NCBI GenBank assembly: GCA_000146045.2 | Contig: BK006937.2 | Coordinates: 224,001-288,000, forward strand | DNA: 64,000 nucleotides | Direction: 5' to 3' | From: TPA_inf: Saccharomyces | Lineage: Eukaryota | Part shown: piece by piece, positions 9,125 to 21,500 of the stretch | How the letters are laid out: each line of letters begins with the position of its first letter | How positions within the stretch are numbered: the first letter of the stretch is position 1 | Translations under genes and position numbers: made by a program | The notes under the pieces: generated by a model | Told to the model about the DNA's origin: nothing | Seen by the model: only the letters and a program-made list of their open reading frames with translations | Databases searched by the model: none

Positions 9125-12100
9125 TCACAATTCGTCATGAAGGCCAGCGTAGTTTACGGTTCCTGCTACTGCATTATCATCGTTGACAATGTTTGTATTC
9201 GAATTATTATTCAAAGGTGCTGCAATTGTTTGCGGAGGGGCCACTGGATTAGGCAAAGAAGTGATCTCCACGTTAAGTGCTGAAATAACTTCACTAGATA
9301 GAGAGACGTCTTCGGTAACATCTACCGTACCAGATGCCTGCATTTCCGTCGTAAGCATTCGGGAAACAGGAGTATTTACATTTTCGCTGATTTTGTGGCG
9401 TACCCCAAACGCTTCAGATGAATCTTTTGATGACTGTACTTCTATCATTATTTCTTTCTGTACAAATCCTGATGCATCAATTGAACTAGCAGATATTTTG
9501 TGAGGGCTACTTACAAAAGATGGTGCTGTTGTGGTTACACCTGGCATCGGCTGAGCTACTGTGCTTGACGCGCTCTCCACGGATAAAGTTCCCTTGCCTA
9601 TATCAGACAGAGCGCCAATTGAAGCACCACTACTACTAAAGATCATAGATGCCATAGAAGTCCCTTCAATATTTGTGGATTCTGATAGGGAAGATTGACC
9701 AACACTCGTCTTAGGTGATTGTACAGCATCAGTGAAAACACTAGTGGGTTCCGAACTGTCAGCCAAAACACTAGTGGGTTCCGAATTGTCAGCCAAAACA
9801 CTAGTGGGTTCCAAATTGTCAGCCAACACACTGGTGTATTCCGAATTATCAATCAAGGCACTGGAGCGTTCTGAATCCTCGGTAGAGAAAGCAATTACTC
9901 TCGAAGTCTTCGTTTCTGTTTTTGAGAATGAGCTAGTTGCCGTCTCCACAATAGCTGATGAAACAGGTTCAGAGATGGAATGAAATTTAGAAAAAGTGGA
10001 ATCTGAGATTGAAGGGATTGATTCAGAAGCAAGAACAGAAGAAGTTACAGTCGATACTTCTATTGACTGGAAGCCAGAGGTTATAGATGAATCAGAAAAT
10101 GTACTCGGATGCGAGGAAATAGAGTCCTGGGATGCTGATGTTGACAAAATTTCTTCATTTGGGATCAAATTAGACGCAACTGAGTCAAATTCGGATGCTA
10201 TAGAAATAGAATGCGTAGGTGTTTCAACCATACGCTCTAATTCTGATGCTATGGGATCAATTTCGGAGACGGGCGAAGAAACCATAGTGTCTGTGGGCGT
10301 CAACAACATTGAAGAAGATGTTGTAACATACTGCTCGGCTTCTGCATTGGAATCTGATGCAGGTATATTCCTATACTCAATTTTTGTAATGACTTCAGTG
10401 ATTATTTTTGTCTTATAAATCTCTCTCGTGGATGCCGGTTTTGAGTTGTCTAGAAAAGATGTGTTGGCTGCATCATTGGTGGGGTTTGTTTGTGTGGTGG
10501 TAACCGCAGTCGCGGTACTTGTGGATAATGCTGTAGTAGGGCTAGTTGTTAACGATGAGGAAAGAGATAATGAAGATGAAGATGAAGACGGCATGTGTGA
10601 TAGCGAAGGTGATTCAGTACTTAAGAGTTTTGAAACGCTTTCTCTATCTGTTGTTATTTCGCTTTCTGATTGTTCTACTATTAACGAGGACAATTTCTCC
10701 TCCAAGTCAGGAGTCGGCTCAGGATATTCTGTGATAGAATTTGAAGATGAGGATAACAAATCTATCGACTCTGAATTCAGTGGAAGCGATGGTTTTTCGA
10801 CAATATTCGGTTCTGTAGGAGAGGCTAGCGGCTTCGTAATTTCAGAGGTAGGTGAAGACACAATTGGTTCATTAGTGACACTCTCTTCATAGAAAGAAGA
10901 AGAAGAAGAAGAAGAAGAAGAAGAAGCTGATGTTGGGATATCTGCAGAAGTGAATTGTGAATCAGCTGATGACGATATCCAAACAAATTTTTGCTCATCT
11001 TCTGTGGTGGTTCTCATAGTGCTAGTGTCAAATGAGGAAAATTCAGTCTCTATATCGCTAGCAACATCTGTAGCGCTGATGATATCTGCACTTTCAGTAA
11101 TGCCTCTGTAATCGTCATTAATAGTGAAATAAGAAGAAGATCCTTGGTCTATGGTAGTGTTTTCCTTGAATTTCGACTTATATATATCATGAGCATGTTT
11201 GTAAATAAAGCCGTGCACATTATGTTTGTAGCCTAGTTGAATAGCGCCAGCCAAAACCACTAACAAAACAAAATTCAAGAAAAATTTCCAAATATTTCGT
11301 AAAATTGATGACGATGTACCGGAAAGCTTCAGAACGTTGATCGTGTTCCCCATAGAAGTGCTTGCCAAATATCTAGAATCTGGAGAAAAAGTAACTTTTG
11401 TTATAGTAGATTCATGTACTCTTGGAACCAACTGAACAAGCTTTAGCTTTTCAACGCTGACGATGGCAACCAAGTTATCGTTAGATGATAATGCAACGAA
11501 CTTCTTATTTGGGGAGACATCCATCGATGTTATTCCATTCAAATCGAACATGAAGGATGCTGTTTTTAAAATTTTAACACCTTTGGAACTCACACCTAGT
11601 TTTAACAAGGAAACTCCATCAGAGTTCGATAATGATGCTGCCACTAATAGCGTATTGTCATTGAGAAACCTGATATTAGAAAGAACAAGATTTTTATCAA
11701 AATCCGTTTTCCTTGCTACAAAATTTCCGTCCCTAACAGACGCTACTTCCAAAGAATTAGAAGTGATATATGACAAAAGAATACCGTTAGGGGCGAAGTG
11801 CAAATCATTAACTTCCCTACCCGTTTCAATTTCGTAATTTTCCGTCAAATTACGCGGGTCAATGATTCTTATCACAGTGGGCACTTCAGAGGACGCAATT
11901 GCAGCTACTGTGGCCCTTTGATTAATGTAAACAAACTTAGTGAAAACGGATGGGTCTGTAGTTCTGTTGAAATCAATACTGGCCACGAATTTTAGATGTT
12001 CTTGTTCAAACACAAACTTCCTCAAGTGGTGGTTAACGTTCTCCATGGAGGAATCATTAAACAGTTCATTGCAACCAACTAGAATCAGGTTATTATTACA

Positions 12101-12322
12101 ATCCAATGAAGTGGGCGCATCGTCAATCGAATCTAATGTGATCTCACGAAACCTTCTAATGTGTTTCTTTTTCTGGAAGTTCACCTTTAAAGCTGTAATT
12201 TTGTTTGGAAACGAGGAATTGAACTGGCCTCCACCACCAGCCACCAGTAGAGTGCCTTCATTTATAAATTTAGCACCATATATCGGATATCCGACGTCAT
12301 AGTTTGCAGAGTTGCCACTCAT
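9125..12322 (-). CDS. SED4: SED4 (YCR067C), ER membrane protein and Sec12 paralogue, 1065 aa with a long Ser/Thr-rich lumenal domain
   Basis: 1065-aa ORF. The N-terminus is a Sec12-like WD/beta-propeller (MSGNSANYDVGYPIYGAKFINEGTLLVAGGGG...). A single TM segment (FFLNFVLLVVLAGAIQLGY) is followed by a low-complexity S/T-rich region and a C-terminal HDEL signal. Confidence 0.95.
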   Translation of the reverse strand: MSGNSANYDVGYPIYGAKFINEGTLLVAGGGGQFNSSFPNKITALKVNFQKKKHIRRFREITLDSIDDAPTSLDCNNNLILVGCNELFNDSSMENVNHHLRKFVFEQEHLKFVASIDFNRTTDPSVFTKFVYINQRATVAAIASSEVPTVIRIIDPRNLTENYEIETGREVNDLHFAPNGILLSYITSNSLEVASVRDGNFVARKTDFDKNLVLSNIRFLNDNTLLVAASLSNSDGVSLLKLGVSSKGVKILKTASFMFDLNGITSMDVSPNKKFVALSSNDNLVAIVSVEKLKLVQLVPRVHESTITKVTFSPDSRYLASTSMGNTINVLKLSGTSSSILRNIWKFFLNFVLLVVLAGAIQLGYKHNVHGFIYKHAHDIYKSKFKENTTIDQGSSSYFTINDDYRGITESADIISATDVASDIETEFSSFDTSTMRTTTEDEQKFVWISSSADSQFTSADIPTSASSSSSSSSSSFYEESVTNEPIVSSPTSEITKPLASPTEPNIVEKPSLPLNSESIDLLSSSSNSITEYPEPTPDLEEKLSSLIVEQSESEITTDRESVSKLLSTESPSLSHMPSSSSSSLSLSSSLTTSPTTALSTSTATAVTTTQTNPTNDAANTSFLDNSKPASTREIYKTKIITEVITKIEYRNIPASDSNAEAEQYVTTSSSMLLTPTDTMVSSPVSEIDPIASELERMVETPTHSISIASEFDSVASNLIPNEEILSTSASQDSISSHPSTFSDSSITSGFQSIEVSTVTSSVLASESIPSISDSTFSKFHSISEPVSSAIVETATSSFSKTETKTSRVIAFSTEDSERSSALIDNSEYTSVLADNLEPTSVLADNSEPTSVLADSSEPTSVFTDAVQSPKTSVGQSSLSESTNIEGTSMASMIFSSSGASIGALSDIGKGTLSVESASSTVAQPMPGVTTTAPSFVSSPHKISASSIDASGFVQKEIMIEVQSSKDSSEAFGVRHKISENVNTPVSRMLTTEMQASGTVDVTEDVSLSSEVISALNVEITSLPNPVAPPQTIAAPLNNNSNTNIVNDDNAVAGTVNYAGLHDEL
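9735..9860. repeat. 30-bp coding minisatellite, about 4 tandem copies, inside SED4 (encodes TSVLADNSEP-type decapeptide repeats)
   Basis: cactagtgggttccgaaCtgtcagccaaaa is repeated 3 times with single substitutions (C, T, A at the capitalised position), then one degenerate copy. Confidence 0.85.
10891..10926. repeat. (GAA)12 trinucleotide repeat inside SED4 (minus-strand TTC codons give a poly-Ser run, SSSSSSSSSSS)
   Basis: Direct reading of agaagaagaagaagaagaagaagaagaagaagaag. Confidence 0.9.
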
Positions 12323-13213
12323 TATTATGCTAGTTTTTCTAAGTTTAAAAGGAGAGAAAAAAAAGGAAGAGAGGACGTATCGTAGGGAATTGTGATGCTT
12401 GTTGACAAACAGCCTCCGTCGATCGAAGCAGCTATAAGCGTAGGTTACTTGAAGCGTTCACAGTTCTCATTTACACTGTACAATTCTCGAGATATAAATG
12501 AAAATTACTACAACCAAGAAAAAAGGACAGGAGGGCTAAAAGGATAATAAAATAGGGCAGTTACAAATGTGGTCAAAAATACTAGGGCTCAAAATTGCTA
12601 AGTAAGGGCTTGACAGATGTAACATAATACGAAATAAACTGGATATCGTTTAATAATTATCAAGGTGATTTAAATCGTAAATACATAGGCTGGGCCATAT
12701 ACACTAACATGTGTCGTGACCAATGTGCAGCAGATAGACTTGCTCATTAAATATATTCCAGGTAGGATTCTCTAAGGGTTTTTTTTTTTCTCTATAGCTG
12801 TCACTTTTTTTTTTTTCTCTTATCAATCACAGATATAATAAGCATAACATCGGAAAGAAAATAATGATAGGGCAAAAGGGAAAGCATTTCCAGTTGAATA
12901 CAGTATCTCTACTATATTGTTGTTCGCTGAAGACAGCCGTTTCCGGAAAAAAGTGATTGTGTGATCGCAGTTACCCGCACCTTTGTTCAACAGTACATAA
13001 TAAGAATCTGTAGATATAGATGAACTTTCTCTATTACATAAGACTAGCCTAAAAGCCTTGTTTCTATCATTTAAAGGCTTTTGAGACACTCAAATCAGTG
13101 TCAACCTTTTGGATAAGTCAAAGAAAGTACGCCGCTGCTCAGAAAATTGTTATCGTGATTGAGAACTGATCTAGGCATTACAATTAAAGGAAACAAGGGA
13201 AATATTCTATTGA

Positions 13214-14776
13214 ATGTTGCATAAAAGCCCTTCAAGAAAGAGATTTGCTTCTCCTTTGCATCTAGGATGCATTCTAACGCTTACAGTGCTCTGCCTTATT
13301 GCTTACTACTTTGCTTTACCGGATTATTTATCGGTAGGGAAGAGCTCATCCAGGGGTGCCATGGATCAAAAATCTGATGGAACCTTTAGACTTAAGTCTA
13401 TCTACAGGCATGGCGTCGGAGCAAACCATCGGCTACACCAGAGGCTGGAGGTCACTCCAGAAGTTATTTCTGCCGCTGGAATGCTGTATCAAGAAACCAC
13501 AACTCAAGGACAGGATTTCGAAGACCAAGAACCCCTATGGACTACTAATGCCGAATATGCCACCACTAACCCATTCGATTTTGAGTTTGAGCTACGAAGG
13601 ATGCCGCTATTGATGAAGCGGATGAAGGAAAGAGATCCTGAATTCATAGAGTCGTACATTTACGGAGAAACATACATGACGGAGGAGGAAGAACACGCCA
13701 TGTGGATAGATGATGACATTGTGGCACCCAATATCACAGATAGAGGTACAGTAGTGTCGTTAGCATTAATGTCGTCTAATGCTTACGTGAGAATACCGCA
13801 AACGGGAGACTGGCGTAACGTCACGGAGCCGTGGAATGAAACAGAGCCGGAAGATTTTGGTTGGGATGGTGATGGTATACGTGGTCACGTCTTTTACAAT
13901 GAAGTGGAGAATATCGTGGTACTCTCGATAAAGGGAACCAGCGCTCAGGGTTTGCCAGGGTCTGGCGAAGATGAGACAACTGGAAACGACAAGATCAACG
14001 ATAATTTGTTATTTTCGTGTTGTTGTGCAAGAGTGAGCTACCTGTGGACTACCGTGTGCGATTGCTATGTGAAGTCGTATATATGCGATGAGTCTTGCCT
14101 GGAAAAGGAACTGAGACGTAAGGATAGATTTTACTCTGCAGTCGTTGACATATACAAAGGCGTCCTCAAAGAATACCCCGATGCGGCCATATGGGTCACA
14201 GGCCACTCACTGGGAGGCGCATTGGCCAGTTTACTGGGCCGCACTTTTGGATTGCCTGCGGTCGCATTCGAGTCCCCTGGAGAGCTACTACCTTCAAAAA
14301 GACTTCACTTACCATTCCCACCGGGACTTCCCTCATACATGGAGGGTATCTGGCACTTCGGTCACAACGCAGACCCAATCTTCATGGGTACATGCAACGG
14401 AGCTAGTTCAAGTTGCTCACTGGTGGGCTACGCTATGGAAACCGCGTGCCACACTGGTAGAGTCTGTGTCTACGATGTGGTCAACGACAAGGGCTGGAGT
14501 GTAAACATGTTCAACCACAGAATCCACAAAGTCATTGACGAAGTTCTCCTTGGATACGAGCAGGCTGCCAAGTGCGTTGAACCAGAGCCCTGCGTAGATT
14601 GCTACAACTGGAAGTTTATTCCAAGCAGAGACTGGGAATCCTCATCGAGGCTCATTACCAAGACTAAAAGCCACGCTGCACCAACCACGACGACTCGCAC
14701 CACTGCTACTACTACCTCTTCATCTACCTGTGTAGGCCGCAATTGGCTTGGCTTCTGCACCAAATACGAGTTGTAA
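13214..14776 (+). CDS. ATG15: ATG15 (YCR068W), vacuolar phospholipase for autophagic-body lysis, 520 aa
   Basis: 520-aa ORF with an N-terminal TM anchor (ILTLTVLCLIAYYFAL) and the lipase nucleophile-elbow motif VTGHSLGGALASLLG. Confidence 0.95.
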   Translation: MLHKSPSRKRFASPLHLGCILTLTVLCLIAYYFALPDYLSVGKSSSRGAMDQKSDGTFRLKSIYRHGVGANHRLHQRLEVTPEVISAAGMLYQETTTQGQDFEDQEPLWTTNAEYATTNPFDFEFELRRMPLLMKRMKERDPEFIESYIYGETYMTEEEEHAMWIDDDIVAPNITDRGTVVSLALMSSNAYVRIPQTGDWRNVTEPWNETEPEDFGWDGDGIRGHVFYNEVENIVVLSIKGTSAQGLPGSGEDETTGNDKINDNLLFSCCCARVSYLWTTVCDCYVKSYICDESCLEKELRRKDRFYSAVVDIYKGVLKEYPDAAIWVTGHSLGGALASLLGRTFGLPAVAFESPGELLPSKRLHLPFPPGLPSYMEGIWHFGHNADPIFMGTCNGASSSCSLVGYAMETACHTGRVCVYDVVNDKGWSVNMFNHRIHKVIDEVLLGYEQAAKCVEPEPCVDCYNWKFIPSRDWESSSRLITKTKSHAAPTTTTRTTATTTSSSTCVGRNWLGFCTKYEL

Positions 14777-15054
14777 GACCCATACATCTATTATGACCCT
14801 AGTGTTGTTTTAGGGCCTATGCGCCCTTTTTTTCTTCCATTGTCTGATAAATAATGTATCATTTTGACAACTTAAAGGTTCAGCTAAACGACACGAGAAG
14901 ATATATTAATACTGCTTTAAAGTGAAAGGCGTCAGTCAGGTGCAATTAATAGGTCACATATTCTTTGCTTCAATTGCTCTCTAGCAAACTCACACACTCG
15001 TAGATTGGAAGACCGAAGAAAATAGATAGACTTTCGAATAAGTTCAGCAACAAC

Positions 15055-16011
15055 ATGTGGTTGAAATCCTTGCTGCTCTGCCTGTACTCCTTAGTACTCT
15101 GCCAAGTCCACGCTGCACCTTCATCAGGGAAGCAGATTACCTCCAAGGATGTTGATCTTCAGAAAAAATATGAGCCCAGTCCCCCCGCCACACATCGTGG
15201 AATAATCACTATCGAATACTTTGATCCCGTTTCGAAGTCGATGAAAGAGGCGGATCTGACTTTTGAGTTGTACGGTACTGTCGTGCCCAAAACTGTGAAC
15301 AACTTTGCTATGCTGGCCCATGGTGTTAAGGCAGTTATCGAAGGGAAAGATCCCAATGATATACATACTTACTCGTACCGTAAGACCAAAATCAACAAGG
15401 TTTACCCTAACAAGTATATCCAGGGTGGTGTGGTTGCCCCAGATGTGGGTCCTTTCACCGTCTATGGGCCCAAATTTGATGACGAAAACTTTTACTTAAA
15501 ACATGACAGGCCTGAAAGACTCGCAATGGCCTATTTTGGACCTGATTCTAACACCTCGGAATTCATCATCACCACTAAAGCCGATGGAAATGAGGAATTG
15601 GATGGCAAAAGTGTCGTGTTTGGTCAAATAACTTCTGGTCTAGATCAACTAATGGATGCTATTCAATACACAGAAACAGACGAATATGGAAAGCCTCAGC
15701 ATGAATTACGGTTCCTGTATTTCGTTCTAGAAATCTTAAAAATTAGTAACATCTTAGATTTGCACGCTGCGTACACAGAAAAAGTCGAGAAGTTTAGAAA
15801 TGGCGATGTGTCTGTTGGCTCCACTTTGGAAAACATCTTCCGTAACGATAAAGCCTACACACCTTTAACCACCTCCACTGGAACCACCGCCTATGATTTA
15901 AACCACCCAATTTCCAGAGCCTTGATGTGTTTAACTGTTCTTGGCCTTTGTTTCATTGCCTACAAGGGCATGCACGAAAAGCCTCATACGGTTTCATTAA
16001 GACACAAGTAA
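15055..16011 (+). CDS. CPR4: CPR4 (YCR069W), secretory-pathway cyclophilin-type peptidyl-prolyl isomerase, 318 aa
   Basis: Signal peptide (MWLKSLLLCLYSLVLCQVHA), a cyclophilin-like domain (FELYGTVVPKTVNNFAML..GKSVVFGQITSGLD) and a C-terminal TM segment. Confidence 0.9.
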   Translation: MWLKSLLLCLYSLVLCQVHAAPSSGKQITSKDVDLQKKYEPSPPATHRGIITIEYFDPVSKSMKEADLTFELYGTVVPKTVNNFAMLAHGVKAVIEGKDPNDIHTYSYRKTKINKVYPNKYIQGGVVAPDVGPFTVYGPKFDDENFYLKHDRPERLAMAYFGPDSNTSEFIITTKADGNEELDGKSVVFGQITSGLDQLMDAIQYTETDEYGKPQHELRFLYFVLEILKISNILDLHAAYTEKVEKFRNGDVSVGSTLENIFRNDKAYTPLTTSTGTTAYDLNHPISRALMCLTVLGLCFIAYKGMHEKPHTVSLRHK

Positions 16012-16102
16012 GCAACTTCTTTTCGATGGCTTGATGACCACATGGCTATGATTTTAATTAATATATATACATGACAATTATTTTTTTATACATTAGCGAT
16101 AC

Positions 16103-16558
<456 letters not shown>

Positions 16559-16804
16559 CTACCTTGGAGTAAGTTGCTTTAGGTAAACGGGCACTTCTTT
16601 CAAAAGGTTTTCCTTCTTGCTGGAGCTATACTGCTTATAGTACCATATTTTAAATTCATACCAAGCCATTCGTACGCGATGACCATTATAGATCGACCTT
16701 GCGACACCATCATATTTAATATTCAAAAAGAAAAAAATGCAGTTCTATATCACAGTTATATAATATTTATATGTGCATGTATGTTACTTGTCTTTGCACA
16801 TAAC

Positions 16805-18352
16805 TCAATGCGTCCACAATCTTACCATCTTGTCTTTCCCACCACTACACACTCTTTTACCGTCGACACTCCAGTCGACGGTATAAACTTCGTCTTTATG
16901 ACCAGGGAGGTCAACAGAAAGTTTTCTAGTTCTTACATCCCACACTTTCAACGTGGTATCTTTGGAACATGACACCAGTAGTCGGCAGTCCGATGACCAC
17001 GCAACCTGGTATACGCTGGCTACATGCCCTCTAAATGTGGAGATAAACTTACCATCTCTACCGTCCCAAAGTTTGATAGAGTTATCAAAAGACGCTGAGA
17101 CAATATACCTACCATCAGGGCTGAACGCCACATGATTGACTAATTTTTGGTGACCGGTCATTCTTGCTATAGGCTTGGTAGATTTTAGTGGGTTCCATAA
17201 AAACATGGTATAATCATCGCTTGCAGTAACCATCATTTCTTCTGAATTTCCATTCTTTTTACAGATTTTTTCATAATTTTCCAATGCCTTTTTCTGGGCT
17301 TCTTCTGGTGTAGAAGGCTTCTTACCTGTATGATCGAATGCACCAATGCGCAATGCGTAATCTGTAGATAAAGATAAGTGATTAACCCAGTGCGCATGCG
17401 ACTTCAAAATGTTGATACATCTGCCCTGCGAATTGATGTCCCATACACGTACGGTTCTATCGTGAGAGCCACTATACAATAGACCTTGGCCGCCCCATTT
17501 GACACAAGACACTGAATTTGTGTGACCACTCATCGTATACTGGCAAACTCTGCTCACAGTGTCCCAAATCTTAATAGTACCATCCTTAGAAGATGAAGCT
17601 AATCTTGGTTTGGAGCCCGGCTTCACAAGATGTATAGGTTCCCAACTTAAAGAAGTGATCCACTTGGAATGACCTCTGAGAGCATCACCTAGACACTGAC
17701 CGCTTTTTGGGTCCCATAATCTTATGGTATTGTCCATGGATCCCGTAGCAATTACTTCTCCATCGGGGGACCAGGAAACGCAGAGAACCCAATTGTAGTG
17801 ACCCTTTAGAGTATGCATTGGCGTTTGGGTGTCACAGTCCCAAATCCTTGCAGTATTATCACCTGCACCGGTTACCATCCTAGAACTCGTATGTGGTGCG
17901 AAGGCAGAACACAAAATTGTGGAACCGTGACCTGCAATGGCTGATGAACTTCTAGTTACCGGCTTGACTTTGAAAACTGCTCTTGGCGTATACAGTAGCG
18001 TGATCTGATCTTCTGTACTGTTATAGCCTGGTTTTATTAATGAAGAATATAGGTTATCTGTTATATCAATCGTCTTCACAGGGTCACTGGCCTTCTTACC
18101 TTGAATTGTACAGCTGAAGGTATATGGCACTGGATCGTCTGAAGTACCGTTCAATTGATTTAAAAGTTCTTCTAACTGTTTCTCGGAGATAGCACCGGGA
18201 ACTCTCAGGGCGCCACCTACATTGTCACCAGTATCTAAAGCTTGGAACTTGATTGAAACATTGGGTAAATCTTTCGGAATAATAGCTACTTCTCTGGGAA
18301 GTTGAGCCTCTTTCTTTTGTTTCTTAGAAGGTGGAGGAATCAGGGTGGACAT
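16805..18352 (-). CDS. RSA4: RSA4 (YCR072C), WD40 60S-ribosome biogenesis factor, 515 aa
   Basis: N-terminal ubiquitin-like (MIDO-interacting) region followed by 8 WD40 repeats (many GH...WD motifs). Confidence 0.95.
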   Translation of the reverse strand: MSTLIPPPSKKQKKEAQLPREVAIIPKDLPNVSIKFQALDTGDNVGGALRVPGAISEKQLEELLNQLNGTSDDPVPYTFSCTIQGKKASDPVKTIDITDNLYSSLIKPGYNSTEDQITLLYTPRAVFKVKPVTRSSSAIAGHGSTILCSAFAPHTSSRMVTGAGDNTARIWDCDTQTPMHTLKGHYNWVLCVSWSPDGEVIATGSMDNTIRLWDPKSGQCLGDALRGHSKWITSLSWEPIHLVKPGSKPRLASSSKDGTIKIWDTVSRVCQYTMSGHTNSVSCVKWGGQGLLYSGSHDRTVRVWDINSQGRCINILKSHAHWVNHLSLSTDYALRIGAFDHTGKKPSTPEEAQKKALENYEKICKKNGNSEEMMVTASDDYTMFLWNPLKSTKPIARMTGHQKLVNHVAFSPDGRYIVSASFDNSIKLWDGRDGKFISTFRGHVASVYQVAWSSDCRLLVSCSKDTTLKVWDVRTRKLSVDLPGHKDEVYTVDWSVDGKRVCSGGKDKMVRLWTH

Positions 18353-18447
18353 CTGTATATTGTGTTAGTGTGTGTTTATCGAGGTTACAAATATAAAAAT
18401 CTTGTGATATATGTCTTTTAAAGATACTCTTTTTGAAGCTCATCGCA

Positions 18448-18463
18448 TTTTTTTTTTTTTTTT
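18448..18463 (+). repeat. T16 poly(dA:dT) tract in the RSA4 promoter region
   Basis: Direct reading. Located about 100 bp upstream of the RSA4 ATG on the minus strand. Confidence 0.85.
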
Positions 18464-18587
18464 CATTTTAAAATTTTTCACCGGTTTCTCGGGTAACAGC
18501 TCTAAATGAAATCTTGCCTTCATCACCATTATTGAATTACATTACATTATATATCGTAGTATATCATATTTTTAGACGTTGACCACT

Positions 18588-21500
18588 CTATGAGCTTAGG
18601 ATAGGTACTTGATCTTTCTCTGAGTTGCCAAATGCTATTTCACGGATTTGTATCATCCAAGGGTCTATCAGTAGTTCCACAGCAGTAGCCCTCATAGTGG
18701 GGTCTTGAACCAAACACCTTTCCAAGAAGGCTCTTCCCGCTGCAGTCATTTCGTCTCTATTGGGTAGTTGCGGTATTCGACCTGCAGCAACGTGGTACAT
18801 GATGGCCCATTCATTATCCAAGTTAGACCAAGGTCGTCTACCTGTGGCCATTTCTAGCACAACACATCCTAATGCCCATACATCGTCCGCTCCAAGTTTT
18901 CCCTTAACTGCCGAGCCTGAAATAGTCTCTGGAGCCATATACATCGGTGTCCCCATCATTTCATTGAGGGACTTTGTTTCTACTCCAAAATCTTGAACGG
19001 CTGCGTTCCGCACAGTTCTAGTCCTAGATCCTACAACGGTACGTGCCGTACCAAAATCCACATATTTTATGATTCCATTGAAATCCAGCAAGATATTCTC
19101 CGGTTTAATGTCGCGATGCACCACGCCAGATTGGTGCAAATATGCCAAACCTTCTAATAGTTCGAATGTGTACACTTGTGTTACCATTTCATCTTCAATT
19201 CTTCCATGATCCAATAACGAGGCTAAAGAACCACCCTCACAGTATTCCATGAAGATGTTAACTTTATCGCGATGTACTTCGACACCATAGTACTGGACAA
19301 TATTAGGATGGTTTAACATTTCCAATACGGTCATCTCTTCTTTAATCAGGGGAAAAATCTTCTTCATTGTTGTGGTATCGTGTATCTTTATTTCCTTAAC
19401 AGCTAAGATTTCACCGTTTTCCAGATTAATTGCAGAGTATACCTGTCCAAATGTTCCACCGCCAATGAAGCTTCTTTTTTGCCACCTCATTGATACATTC
19501 GATAATGAGGATGCTAGCGATAGTAGGTATTTGTTTCCCTGATCTGTAGCATCCAATACCTTACCCATTTGCCTGGGATTCCTCTTCATAGTCTTTTCCA
19601 ACGTCTTTATAGCTTCCAGTCTCAACCTGCTGTTTATTTCTAGGGTGGCCTCTTCATCAATATTCTCTTCAGTATCAATATTCAATCTTGCCTGTTGCAT
19701 GCCATTTTCAGCTTCAGTGGCTCGTGCACCCATAACGTCGAAATGTGAAATTAATAATGACATACATACTGATACCCTCTCCTTCAGTTCTTGAAATTGC
19801 TTTACATTCAGCGCCAGGATATTATAACCACTAGTCATCTGCATCGCAAAATCCATTGCAAGAACGCACCATCGGAAAGTTCGCTGATCGGTAGGATCAC
19901 ACTCTTCAACAAGGAATTTCAACCAGTTCATTCCTAATTTAACCATCAGAAAGATGATAACGTACTTCCTCTTTGAGCTAAAGGCGTTATATTTAAGGAA
20001 ACTTCTTCCAAAATCCCTTCCAAACATGAATATCGAATTTAACAACTCATTTCCCGGACATTGCTTCATAAAGCTACCTAGAATTCCTTTGTAGTTGTTC
20101 AATACTGTATAAGTAAGTTTGTAATATGCCTTATTGATTTTTTGTAGGGAGGATTCAATTGAATTGAGTGAACAACGTTTCTCTATGAATGAAACAGAAT
20201 CACCTACCGTTTGATTAAACTTGTCGATTTGATAAGTCAGTGCATAATTAGAACCTTGATTGAGTAAAATCAACGTATTTGGGTTACCAATTTTCCCTAA
20301 ATCCATTTCGTTGGATGCAAAAAGGTTGTTACCTGGAAGCTTATATACTGGTCCATCCCAAACTACTGGCTCTCCAGGATATAGTACAACTAGTGCACCC
20401 AATGAGCTCAAAGCAACTTCCAATTCAAAAACTTCATTGTTCTTTTCATCAAGGTGCTGATCAAAAGGGTCTGTTGAAAAATTCTTCTTTTTGGACTGAT
20501 GAGCATGCCTGTCCAAATCACTTGACGAATTTGCTACTACTCGGTAGTAAGGAATTCCTTTGGAATCCTCCCCTTTCGATACTAGAATGTTCAAATCTGT
20601 TTCTTTTGTTGTTATATCATACACATTCAAATTATTTCCAATGTCAAGCTTTGGGACCAAATCACAGCCAATGGATTTATTTCGCAAAATTCTTAAGATG
20701 GTATCATTGTCACAACCTAATAATTCAGGAGCAGCAAACATATATACACCACTAGACTCAAAAGTGTTACCGGAGTATACCAAAAAATAGTGAGCATCTT
20801 TTAACTTTTTAACAAGTTGTGCATTATGATTAATCTGATAAACAGCAGAATTTTGGAACGCCTTGACTAGAATATTGCTGAACCTGTTCAGCTTTCTTTT
20901 CATGGCACCCAAATTTTCGAAAATGGAACTTAGCCATTTTTCTGCTTCTGAAGCGTTAGCAAATGTTGGTGGGAAGTTTTGTTGTTTCAAAAGATAGAAT
21001 TGCAATTTATGTACGAGTCTCAAAGTTAACTTGAGAAATTCATTTGGAATCACGGTTTCTGCACCGTTAATATAGTGACCGGTGTTTTTTAGGTGATCCC
21101 AGTATTTCAAGAGTAGATCGGGTGCTTTGAAATTTTGTTTACTGGAATCAATCAACTTTAAATTCAACAGAAAAAATAAATAACGAATGGCTTCTATTAC
21201 AGTATTTTCGAACGTCGGGTCAAAATCCACATCGAACGGCAAATTGGAGCAATATTTTGTCAGTGTGTACTTCAATTGCACAGAAAGTCGAATAAAAGCG
21301 TTAAAATCATCGATCATTTGATCGATCATCATCATTGTTGGATTTTTAAGCTTTCGTGCATATGACAATCTAGTCAAAATAACTTCTTTGATTAAATAGA
21401 CGGGGAACGCCAGTAGTGATCTTAACCTTTCATAAGGATATTTTATGTTCATCTTTGTCAAAGTTTCTCTGTAGACTATAAAATGTAGTTTCAGTTTGAA

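Noticed and set aside
9735-9860. Regularly spaced direct repeats that superficially resemble a CRISPR array
   Set aside because: This is a eukaryotic nuclear sequence. The repeats are contiguous 30-bp units with no spacers, in frame within a coding region, and there are no cas genes. It is a coding minisatellite.
9183-11995. Several plus-strand ORFs (106-154 aa) opposite SED4
   Set aside because: They are acidic and S/T-rich translations of the antisense of the SED4 low-complexity region. None has an independent coding signature.
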